DNA from: an uncultured Polyangiaceae bacterium
Lineage (GTDB): Bacteria > Myxococcota_A > Polyangia > Polyangiales > Polyangiaceae
Length of the DNA stretch: 64,000 bases
NCBI GenBank assembly: GCA_964531795.1
Contig: CAZHHD010000002.1
Span: forward strand, 1-64,000
Direction: 5' to 3'
The notes under the pieces were generated by a model, which was not told where the DNA came from, searched no databases, and saw only the letters and a list, made by a program, of their open reading frames with translations. The stretch's first letter is position 1. Each line of letters starts with the position of its first letter. Of this stretch, positions 10,743 to 18,603 are shown in pieces. The position numbers were made by a program, and so were the translations under genes.

Positions 10743-11852
10743 ATGCGACGCACGCTCTTCTCGCTCGTGCCCATCGCGCTCGCGGCGTGCGCTCCGCGCG
10801 ACGCGCCGCGCAAGCCGAGCGCGCCGAGCGAGGCCCGCGCCACCCCCGCACCGGCCCCGAGCGCGTCGGCGTCGTGCGAGCGCTTGCCGACCGGCGCTCC
10901 GTTCGTGGGGGAGCCGTATCCCGAGGCGGTCACTTGGAGCAGCGACGGCGCGCTCATCGCCGCGGCGATCGGGCAGACGGGCGTCGCCAGCCAGCGCGTG
11001 GAAGGCGCCGAGAGCGTCGTCGTGTGGTCCGTGACGGACGGCGCCCCGCAAAAGCGATATCGCCTCTCCACGCAAGCCGTCGCCTTCGCGCACACGAGCC
11101 AGCGCCTCGCCTTCGGCTCCGTCTCGGAGAGCGGCGTCATCGATCTTCGCACCGATTGCGTGCTGCGCTGGCCACGGCCAGGACCGCTCCTCGCGTGGGC
11201 CCTCGACGATGGCGCGCTCTTCTTGGGGAGCGACACCGGCGTCAGCGCCGTTCAATCCGCCGGCGGCGCGATTCTTCGGCAGTGGCTCGCGCCGGCCGGC
11301 TCGCCACGGATCGTGTCGATGGACGTCGGTCGGGCCAACCTGGCACTCGGGGACGAAGTGCATCAGGTGCAGATCGTGAGCCTCGACCTCGCGCACGTGG
11401 AGTCGCTCCCCGGCACGGTGAACGCCATCGGCAACGGTCGGGCGGTGGCGATGGCGCCGGACGGATCCCGCGTCGCTTCCACCACGGTGCAGGAAATCCC
11501 GGTGAAGTACCCGCCGGGGACGATGCCCGGCTCGCCCACGACCCATCGGTTTTCGGTGCGTGTGATGTCGTTGCCCCGACGGGACGTGACGGCCGTCTTC
11601 CCCGGCGACGCCGACGCGCTCGCGTTCTCCCCCGACGGCGCTTCGCTGGCCATGGCGGGGACGACCGAGGAACGCTTGACGGTCCACGTGCTCGCGACCG
11701 GAGAGACACGCGTGCTGGATCTGAAGACCTCCTTCGCCCAACAGATCGCGTGGTCGCCGGACGGCCGATCCATCGCGCTCGCCGATTGGCGAGGCGCCGT
11801 CCGTGTCTACGACGCGAGCGGCGTGAAGGCTCCGCGCGCTCTCGTCCCGTGA
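10743..11852 (+). CDS. lipoprotein with WD40/beta-propeller-like repeats
   Basis: 369 aa. It has a signal peptide with lipobox (IALAAC). Repeated 'SPDG..LA...DG.V.VW' units suggest propeller blades. Confidence 0.55.
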   Translation: MRRTLFSLVPIALAACAPRDAPRKPSAPSEARATPAPAPSASASCERLPTGAPFVGEPYPEAVTWSSDGALIAAAIGQTGVASQRVEGAESVVVWSVTDGAPQKRYRLSTQAVAFAHTSQRLAFGSVSESGVIDLRTDCVLRWPRPGPLLAWALDDGALFLGSDTGVSAVQSAGGAILRQWLAPAGSPRIVSMDVGRANLALGDEVHQVQIVSLDLAHVESLPGTVNAIGNGRAVAMAPDGSRVASTTVQEIPVKYPPGTMPGSPTTHRFSVRVMSLPRRDVTAVFPGDADALAFSPDGASLAMAGTTEERLTVHVLATGETRVLDLKTSFAQQIAWSPDGRSIALADWRGAVRVYDASGVKAPRALVP

Positions 11853-11888
11853 CGCGGCTCGGCCGTCGTCTTCGGGCAGAGGAGAGGC

Positions 11889-12599
11889 CTACTCGTCCGG
11901 CGGGTCGTCGGGGGCGAAGGTGATGGGGTACTTCACCGTCACCTTGCCGTCCTTCGGCGGCGCGTCGAAGGAGACGCTCATCATCGACTCGCGGAGGCAG
12001 GTGCGGAGCTCGGGATCGATGATCGTCGTCTCTTCGTCGTCGTAGGCAGCGTTGTCGACCACGCCGCCGATCTTCTTGTCGCCGACGATCTCGAAGCTCA
12101 TGGAGATGCGCCCGTGCATCTTCGGATCCTTCGCCAGCGAGGCCTCGTAGCACTGCTTGGCGAGCGGGAAGTAGTCGTCGTGGATGACGCTCTTGATGTA
12201 GTCGCGGAGCGCGCCGCCGTCGCCGCTCGTGCTCGAAGGCATCTCGGCGTGCTCACCCGGGTGGCGCGTCGGGGGCTCGCTGGGGATCGCTCCGTTCGGC
12301 TCGGCGGGGGCGGCGAGGGCCGCGAGGATCGCCGCGCGCATACGGTCGGCCTTCTCGCGATCGAGGATCGGGCCGCCGGCGTCGCGGATCGAGCCCTTCT
12401 CGGCCGTCGCGCCGGGATCCGACGATCCCGCGCGCGGCTCGAGGCTCGGTGGCTCGTCCGCGCTCGTCGTGCCGCCCTCGTTCGGCGTGCTCCCCGGGCT
12501 CTTTGCGCAGTCGCGCGAAGCGAGCGCGTAGGCGAGGATGCCGAGGATGAGCGCCCCGGCCAAGAGGTTCCTTTCCAGCCGTCGTGTCTCGAGCGCCAT
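11889..12599 (-). CDS. membrane-anchored hypothetical protein with conserved C-terminal domain (myxobacterial AgmX/TonB-C-like)
   Basis: 236 aa from the ATG at 12597-12599. It has an N-terminal TM helix (NLLAGALILGILAYALA), a low-complexity linker and a globular C-terminus (LRDYIKSVIHDDYFPLAKQCYEASLAKDPKMHGRISMSFEI...). Confidence 0.5.
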   Translation of the reverse strand: MALETRRLERNLLAGALILGILAYALASRDCAKSPGSTPNEGGTTSADEPPSLEPRAGSSDPGATAEKGSIRDAGGPILDREKADRMRAAILAALAAPAEPNGAIPSEPPTRHPGEHAEMPSSTSGDGGALRDYIKSVIHDDYFPLAKQCYEASLAKDPKMHGRISMSFEIVGDKKIGGVVDNAAYDDEETTIIDPELRTCLRESMMSVSFDAPPKDGKVTVKYPITFAPDDPPDE

Positions 12600-12612
12600 G
12601 ACGCGCCCGAGA

Positions 12613-14025
12613 CTATCGTGAGGGCGTGAGCACGACGCCGCCGTCGGTAGCGATCGTGAACGATTTGTGGTCGTCCCACGTCTCGAAGGGCGGCACGGTG
12701 CCGGTCGCGTCGAGCCGACCGTTGAATTTGCCGAGGACCACCGGCGAGTCGCAGGCGGGGGCGGCGGTGCCATTCGCGTGGCAGACGATGAGTTCGCGCT
12801 CCACGCTGGCCTGTAGGAAGAAGCCGGGGCCGCCGGTTTCGGGATCGGTGTACATCGGCCACATGCCGACGCTGTCGGCGACGACGACGACCTGCGCCTC
12901 ACCGGAGGCGGTCTTCGACTCGTCGACCGAGACGAGCTTGTACGAGTCGGTCCCCGGATCCCCCATGACGCAGCGGTCCATCGCGTCGCCGCCGAGCACG
13001 GTGAACGCACCGCTCTTGCCGACGACGGCGTAGTCGCTGCTGCTCGTCTTCGCGTCCACCTGGTGAACGACCGCGATCGCGCGGAATGCGCCCGACGACG
13101 TGAGCGCGCGCTCGTCGGTCGACTCGCACGTCGCGTGCGGATCGACCTCTTGGCAAGGGAACTCGGGGGTGGCGACGACGGCGCGCACCTCGGCCTCGTG
13201 GGTCTTCACGAACCACTTGCAATATGCATCCAACGACCCGTCGGGCGCGGGCGATGGCGCATCGCGCGAGGCGGCGTCCCACTCGGCGGCGTCGAGCGAG
13301 CCCACGCGAACGCGAGGCATGTGCGCCGTGGTCCGTCGCGCGGTGCGCGGATCGCCCAAGACTTGGAGCTCGCTGACGACGAGCTCGCGCCACGCGGCCA
13401 CCGTGCCGGGGACGGTCTCGAGGACCTCGAGCCTGAAGTCGCCGCCGTCGCTGTCGAGATCGATCGTCTGCAGATCGCGGCGGTTCGTGTCGAGGGTGAC
13501 CTCTCGGAGGAGCGCGCCGTCGCGCGTGACGCGGAGTCGCTTGATGCGGTGGTTTGCCGTGAAGAGATCGCGCCCGTCCTTGGCGACGCGATCGAAGCCG
13601 CAGGTGATGCGGACGCGCTCCACGTGCGCCTCTTTGGGAACGCGGAAGGCGATGTAGCCGGCGAGATCGCCGGTCTTGCCGTTCCACGCCGTGTCGGCCT
13701 TGGCGTCGATGAGGTGCTCGGGAAAATCGTGCGGGTTGTCCACGGTCGAGGAGACCGCGACGCGCGAGTCGGTCCACGCGAGGAGCGAGACGAGCCCTTC
13801 GCGTGCTTCGCCGCCGTCACGCTCGCTGGCTTGCCCGGCTGCCGCATCCGTTGTCGCGCGCGGGCTCTTCGGATCGCGCGCGGCGGTGGAGTCGGTCGCC
13901 CGTGCGTCGCCGCCGTGACCGCGACTCTCCGGCGGGCCGCCGCGAAGGCGCGCCGCGAGCGCCCACGCGGCCGCGCCGGCGAGCGCGAGGCCGACGGCCA
14001 CGCGAGCAAGGATCACGCGTCGCAT
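12613..14025 (-). CDS. secreted protein with F5/8 type C (discoidin)-like domain
   Basis: 470 aa from the ATG at 14023-14025. It has a signal peptide (MRRVILARVAVGLALAGAAAWALA) and a discoidin-like motif (NPHDFPEHLIDAKADTAWNGKTGDLAGYIAFRV). The Arg-rich upstream part of the 750-aa track ORF was rejected. Confidence 0.6.
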   Translation of the reverse strand: MRRVILARVAVGLALAGAAAWALAARLRGGPPESRGHGGDARATDSTAARDPKSPRATTDAAAGQASERDGGEAREGLVSLLAWTDSRVAVSSTVDNPHDFPEHLIDAKADTAWNGKTGDLAGYIAFRVPKEAHVERVRITCGFDRVAKDGRDLFTANHRIKRLRVTRDGALLREVTLDTNRRDLQTIDLDSDGGDFRLEVLETVPGTVAAWRELVVSELQVLGDPRTARRTTAHMPRVRVGSLDAAEWDAASRDAPSPAPDGSLDAYCKWFVKTHEAEVRAVVATPEFPCQEVDPHATCESTDERALTSSGAFRAIAVVHQVDAKTSSSDYAVVGKSGAFTVLGGDAMDRCVMGDPGTDSYKLVSVDESKTASGEAQVVVVADSVGMWPMYTDPETGGPGFFLQASVERELIVCHANGTAAPACDSPVVLGKFNGRLDATGTVPPFETWDDHKSFTIATDGGVVLTPSR

Positions 14026-14057
14026 CTGCAATTCGCCAGGGAGCGGAGAGGTCCGCC

Positions 14058-14570
14058 TCACAAATCGATGACGTTCATCCCGCCGATGAAGTCGGCCTTG
14101 CCGAGGGGCACGCCGTTGTGGCGGAGGATCGCGTACGCCGTCGTCACGTGGAAGTAGAAGTTCGGCACGCCGAGCTCGACCAAGTAGTCCTCGCCGGTGA
14201 GCCCCTTGCCCGGCATGAAGGAGAGCGGCACTTTGCGGGTGTCGGCTCCGGCGAAGCTCTCGGCCTTCACCGTGTCGAGGAACGCGAGGCACGTCTTGAT
14301 GCGCGCGCGAAGCTCGGGGAGCGTCTTCTCGGTGTCGGGGTGCGCCGGCGCCTCGACCCCCGCGAGGCGAGCGGCGGCGAACTTCGCCGCGTCGCACGCC
14401 GCCTGCACCTGACGCGCGAGCGGGTACTGATCGGGCGCGAGGCGCGCGTTCACGAGGACCTCGGGATCGAACGACTTGGACTTCGCGTAGTCGACCCCCT
14501 TCTCGAGCCAAGCGTCGAGGCACTGGAGCATCTTCTTCATCTGCGGGACGGCGAACGCGTAGAGGGACAT
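14058..14570 (-). CDS. DUF1993 family protein
   Basis: 170 aa from MSLYAFAVPQMKKMLQCLDAWLEKG. The C-terminal FYFHVTTAYAILRHNGVPLGKADFIG is typical of DUF1993. The start was trimmed from the 223-aa ORF, whose N-terminus runs through the tandem repeat. Confidence 0.7.
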   Translation of the reverse strand: MSLYAFAVPQMKKMLQCLDAWLEKGVDYAKSKSFDPEVLVNARLAPDQYPLARQVQAACDAAKFAAARLAGVEAPAHPDTEKTLPELRARIKTCLAFLDTVKAESFAGADTRKVPLSFMPGKGLTGEDYLVELGVPNFYFHVTTAYAILRHNGVPLGKADFIGGMNVIDL

Positions 14571-14645
14571 GGAGCGCTCCTTGGGGTTCGACGCGTGCCG
14601 AGCAGCAGCCGTGCTCGAGCTCGTGCGCGTCGGAGCGCAGCTTAG

Positions 14646-14705
14646 CGCGGGAGGCCGCTGAGGCGGGAGGCCGCTGAGGCGGGAGGCCGCTGAGGCGAGA
14701 GGTCG
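14646..14705. repeat. direct tandem repeat, 16-bp unit (gcgggaggccgctgag) x3 plus a degenerate fourth copy
   Basis: The repeat is directly visible at 14646-14705. It explains the same peptide (LSGLPPQRPPASAASR) appearing in three overlapping track ORFs. It lies in an intergenic gap upstream of a RAYT gene. Confidence 0.8.
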
Positions 14706-14981
14706 GCCTGGTAACGCGTCGGATTGCATTTCTGGTCGTCGATGACCTTGAGGCAGACGCGCTGCGTGCCGGTCGTCTTCGGCAGGCCTTTCGCGCCGAT
14801 GCGCCCGTTCCCGGGCGTCGCGGTCGTCGCGCGATCGAGCACACTGACCACCTCTCCCTCTTCACCTCCCCCGCGCGAGCGGAGCGAGCGCTTGGGGGAG
14901 GTCGACGAGCGGCGGAGCCGCGAGGCGGGTGGGGGCATCCAAAAAAAGAAGCGTGCTTCCTTGCCGTTGCTCGCCGTCGTC

Positions 14982-14990
14982 ATTATATAT
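14982..14990 (+). promoter_or_regulatory. AT-rich -10-like element (attatatat) upstream of the RAYT gene
   Basis: This is the only strongly AT-rich stretch in the neighbourhood, and a poly-A run (14938-14947) precedes it. It ends 12 nt before the proposed ATG at 15003. Confidence 0.3.
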
Positions 14991-15002
14991 GCCGTATTCA
15001 AG

Positions 15003-15659
15003 ATGCAGCGCGCACGACAGCTCGAGCTTCCCTTGCACGGCCACGGCGGCGCGCGGCGCGGTGCCGGTCGCCCGCGCACGTCCACGCGGGTCAGCCACGC
15101 TGCGCGCCCCAGGTTCGACGGTAGGCGTGCGCCGCTTCATGTCACGATCCGCGTCGCTCGCGACGTGTGGAACCTCCGCTCCCAGCGGGGCTTTCGGTGC
15201 GTGGAGCAGGCGCTCTCCGCCGAGCGCGCCCGCGGCGCCCTTCGCGTCGTGCATTTTTCGGTGCAAGGGAACCACGTGCACCTCGTGGTCGAGGCGCGCG
15301 ATCGCGCTGTTCTCTCACGACGGATGCAGGGCTTCGGCATCCGACTCGCGCGGCGCATCAACGCGATGATGGGTCGCCGCCGCGGGCGCGTCTTTGCCGA
15401 TCGGTACCACGCGCGCGTGCTCCGCACCCCGCGCGAAGTGCGACGCGTCATCGCTTACGTGCTGCAGAACTTCGCGAAGCACGTGGCTCGGCGCAACCCC
15501 CACGGTGCGAGCGAGCTCGGGCCCGACCGCTTCTCCTCGGGCGCGCACAGGGAGGCGTGCTCGCCGCCGCGCACCTGGCTCCTCGCTCGCGGATGGCGCC
15601 GCGCCTCGCCGTTGGCCCGCACCCGTGCTCACGGGGCGATCGAGAGATCCGCGTTGTAG
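15003..15659 (+). mobile_element. REP-associated tyrosine transposase (RAYT) / IS200-like HUH Y1 transposase gene
   Basis: 218 aa from the ATG at 15003. It carries the HUH motif (VHFSVQGNHVHLVVEA) and the conserved C-terminal Tyr region (RVFADRYHARVLRTPREVRRVIAYVLQNFAKH). It is a single ORF with no terminal inverted repeats visible by eye. Confidence 0.7.
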
Positions 15660-16060
15660 CAAGTCGATCCGCACTCGGGGCCGTTGGGTTCCAAGAACAC
15701 GCTGCCGCCCGTCGCGATGTGGCGGCCCTGGAATCCGGCGTGCCAAGAGACGCGCGCGGCGCGTCCGATTCCCCCTTGTCGGTGCGTTGGCACGTACGCA
15801 CCTTCTGCGCTGTGACCAAGATGCCGCCATAGCTCGCGAGTCGCGTGAGTGCCTCTCGGCGACGCGCTCGCGCCACCGATTCGAGCGCACCATCTTTCGC
15901 TGACCGCTCCGCTGCGCGTACCCGCGCGCGCGAGCCCGCCCGCGACGCTCCGAGCGTCGCGCCATCACCGCGCGCGCCTTCGCGCCGCGACCAAGACGTG
16001 AGCACGCCTCGCGTGCTCCGCGCGCTCGTGCGTCCGCCCGAGCCACTTGAACCGAAGAAG

Positions 16061-16073
16061 AAGGAAAGGGGAG
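16061..16073 (+). promoter_or_regulatory. ribosome-binding site (aaggaaaggggag) for the flotillin gene
   Basis: The purine-rich Shine-Dalgarno-like stretch ends 7 nt before the ATG at 16080. Confidence 0.5.
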
Positions 16074-16079
16074 AACCAC

Positions 16080-18179
16080 ATGTTCGCCGTCGAAGGGACA
16101 CTTCTGATCGCGCTCGTCGCGGTCGGGATCCTCGGTTTGATTCTGCTGTCTGGCCTTCGCGTAATTCCCAACGATCGCATCGGCATCGTCGAGAAGCGCT
16201 TCAGTGGGCGCGGCTCGGTGAAGTCGGGGCTCATCGCGCTTCGTGGAGAAGCCGGCTACCAGCCGCGCGTCCTCCGCGGTGGTGTGCACTACTTGATGCC
16301 GTTCCAATACAACGTGCACCGCATGCCGCTGGTCACCATCCCGCAGGGGAGGATCGGCTACGTCTTCGCCCGTGACGGTGCGCCGCTCGGCGCCACGCAG
16401 ACGCTCGCGTCGAACGTTCTGGTGAGCGACTTCCAAGACGCCGAGAGCTTCCTCACGAAGGGCGGTCAGCGCGGCCCGCAGCGCCACATCCTTCGCGAGG
16501 GTACGTACGCCATCAACCTCGCCCAGTTCGTGGTGCTCACCGAGGACCGCATCTACTACTTGCCGCTCAACGCGAGCGAGGAGTCGACCTTCAAGCAGAT
16601 GGCGCACACGCTCCACGAGCGCGGCGGCTTTCTGCCCGTGGTCATCAAAGGCGCCGACGACCTCGTCGCCATCGTGACGGTGCACGACGGCCCGTCGCTT
16701 CCGCAGGGGCAGATCATCGCCCCGGTGCGCGGCGACGACCCGAAGGACCCGGCCACGTTCCACAACAACTTCCAGGATCCGGAGCGCTTCCTCGCCGCCG
16801 GCGGGCTGCGCGGTCGCCAGCTCCAGGTCTTGGTCGACGGCACGTACTACGTGAACCGCTTGTTCGCGACCGTGGAGATGATCCCCAAGACCGTGATCGA
16901 GGTCGGCACCGTCGGTGTCGTCGTCTCGTACACGGGAGAGCAGGGGAGCGATCTCTCCGGCTCGGAGTACAAGCACGGCGAGCTCGTCGCCAAGGGTGCG
17001 CGCGGTGTGTGGAGCGAGCCGCTCCTCCCCGGCAAGTACGCGTTCAACACCTACGCGGGTAAGGTCATCGTGGTCCCCACGACGAACTTCATCCTGAAGT
17101 GGAACAAGCGCGAAGTGGGCTCGCACAAGTACGACGAGAACCTCGCCGAGGTCGCGCTCATCACCAAAGACGCGTTCGAGCCCTCGCTCCCGCTCTCGGT
17201 GGTGGTGCACATCGACTACCGGAAGGCTCCGCTCGTCATTCAGCGCTTCGGTGACGTGAAGAAGCTGGTGGAGCAGACGCTCGATCCGATGATCGCCGCC
17301 TACTTCAAGAACGTGGGGCAGAACCGCACGCTCATCCAGCTCATTCAGGACCGCAGCTCGATCCAGACGCAATCGGGGTCGGAGATGAAAGAGAAGTTTG
17401 CACACTACAACCTGGAGCTGGAAGAGGTGCTCATCGGCACGCCGGGGTCGGCCTCGGGCGATTCGCACATCGACCAGATCCTCGTGCAGCTCCGCTCGCG
17501 GCAGATCGCCGAAGAGCAGGTCGAGACCTACGCGCGTCAGGAGAAGGCCGCGGTCAAGGAGCGCGAGCTCCGCGAGGCCGAGTCGCGCGCCAAGCAGCAG
17601 GCGAGGCTCACCGAGAGTGAGCTCTCCATCACGGTGGAGTCGAACCAGGGCCGCGCCGCGTTCCAGAGGAGCCAGCAAGACGCCGAGCAGATCCGGTGCC
17701 TCGCGCAAGCCGAAGCCGACAAGGTGAGGCTCCTCGGGCAGTCGGAGGCGGACAAGATCCGCATGCTCGCCGAATCGGAGGCCGACAAGGCCGCGCGCGT
17801 GGGTGTGGCGCAGGCCATCGCCACCGAGGAGCAGGTCCGCGCCTACGGCGGTCCCAAGTTCCAGCTCACGCAGCTCGTCATGGGGAAGTTCGCCGAGGCC
17901 ATCGCCGCGGCGCAGGTCGACGTCGTCCCCCGCGTCATGATCGGTGGCATGGGGAGCGGCTCGTCGGGGCTCGGCGGCGGGGGCGGCGGGAGCGGCAACG
18001 TGCTCGAGTCGCTCCTCACGCTGATGCTCTCCGACAAGCTCGGTGAGGTGGCCGCGGCCGACACGGTGAAGCCCGTGCGCCCCGAGGCCGAGGCGCTCCG
18101 TCGCAGCTTGATGGCGGGCCTCGCCGAGTCGTCGAAGAGCAACGGCACGACGACGAAGAACGGCATGCCCAAGGCCTGA
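16080..18179 (+). CDS. SPFH/band-7 flotillin family protein (YqiK-like)
   Basis: 700 aa from the ATG at 16080. It has an N-terminal TM helix (TLLIALVAVGILGLILLSGL), an SPFH domain, a long coiled-coil with EA-rich repeats (AEADKVRLLGQSEADKIRMLAESEADKA) and a Gly-rich tail. Confidence 0.85.
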   Translation: MFAVEGTLLIALVAVGILGLILLSGLRVIPNDRIGIVEKRFSGRGSVKSGLIALRGEAGYQPRVLRGGVHYLMPFQYNVHRMPLVTIPQGRIGYVFARDGAPLGATQTLASNVLVSDFQDAESFLTKGGQRGPQRHILREGTYAINLAQFVVLTEDRIYYLPLNASEESTFKQMAHTLHERGGFLPVVIKGADDLVAIVTVHDGPSLPQGQIIAPVRGDDPKDPATFHNNFQDPERFLAAGGLRGRQLQVLVDGTYYVNRLFATVEMIPKTVIEVGTVGVVVSYTGEQGSDLSGSEYKHGELVAKGARGVWSEPLLPGKYAFNTYAGKVIVVPTTNFILKWNKREVGSHKYDENLAEVALITKDAFEPSLPLSVVVHIDYRKAPLVIQRFGDVKKLVEQTLDPMIAAYFKNVGQNRTLIQLIQDRSSIQTQSGSEMKEKFAHYNLELEEVLIGTPGSASGDSHIDQILVQLRSRQIAEEQVETYARQEKAAVKERELREAESRAKQQARLTESELSITVESNQGRAAFQRSQQDAEQIRCLAQAEADKVRLLGQSEADKIRMLAESEADKAARVGVAQAIATEEQVRAYGGPKFQLTQLVMGKFAEAIAAAQVDVVPRVMIGGMGSGSSGLGGGGGGSGNVLESLLTLMLSDKLGEVAAADTVKPVRPEAEALRRSLMAGLAESSKSNGTTTKNGMPKA

Positions 18180-18250
18180 CGAATCGGAGAGAGGATCAAC
18201 GCCTCACGGCGGCGAGCGACGTGCCTCGTGCATGCCGCTCGTCGCCGTTT

Positions 18251-18508
18251 CTACTTCGTGCCGCGCCGCGCGATCATCCTGCGGACGAGATGACCAATCG
18301 ACTCGGCCATCGCCAGCGGCAGAAAGAGCGCGGCCAAGAGGGCGAGGGTCGCCTCGGCGCCGTAGGTCTCGCCGCGGAGGAGCGGCCCGCACGCGCGCAG
18401 CACGCTCACGAGCCAGAGCCCGAAGAAGATGGGCAAGAGCTCGTCGTCGAAGCGCCGTCCGGGGGCGGCGCGAACCTGGCTACTCTCGTGGAGCGACATG
18501 GCGTGCAC
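18251..18508 (-). CDS. small hypothetical membrane protein (two hydrophobic segments)
   Basis: 85 aa. The frame has high GC3 and two hydrophobic stretches (LLPIFFGLWLVSVL; ATLALLAALFLPLAMA). It is convergent with the flotillin gene. This is a weak call. Confidence 0.3.
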   Translation of the reverse strand: MHAMSLHESSQVRAAPGRRFDDELLPIFFGLWLVSVLRACGPLLRGETYGAEATLALLAALFLPLAMAESIGHLVRRMIARRGTK

Positions 18509-18603
18509 CTCCCCTTATGGAGTAGCGCTCGCCGCCTAAAAAAAGCCTCAAGACCGCCGCGGGGCGGATCCGGCCTGCACCGGAGCCGCCAGCGGGCTCG
18601 CTC

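Noticed and set aside
10641-11741. N-terminal 367 aa of the 696-aa ORF 9651-11741
   Set aside because: The upstream portion is poly-Arg junk (RRRRARGRCGGG...). The real gene starts at the internal ATG 10640 with a lipoprotein signal. The plus-strand beta-propeller lipoprotein occupies 10743-11852.
14026-14865. Upstream extension of the discoidin-domain ORF and the 147-aa ORF 14642-15085 containing the 'LSGLPPQRPPASAASR' peptide
   Set aside because: These are translations through the 16-bp tandem repeat in three frames. They have no independent coding signal.
15315-17708. 797-aa minus-strand ORF overlapping the flotillin gene
   Set aside because: Its composition is Arg/Leu/Asp-rich. It is antisense to a flotillin ORF that has clear SPFH and coiled-coil features and an RBS.
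18180-18250. Possible terminator hairpin after the flotillin gene (ggcggcgagcg...cgctcgtcgcc)
   Set aside because: The inverted repeat is imperfect, has a long loop and no U-tract. It is not distinguishable from background GC-rich palindromy.
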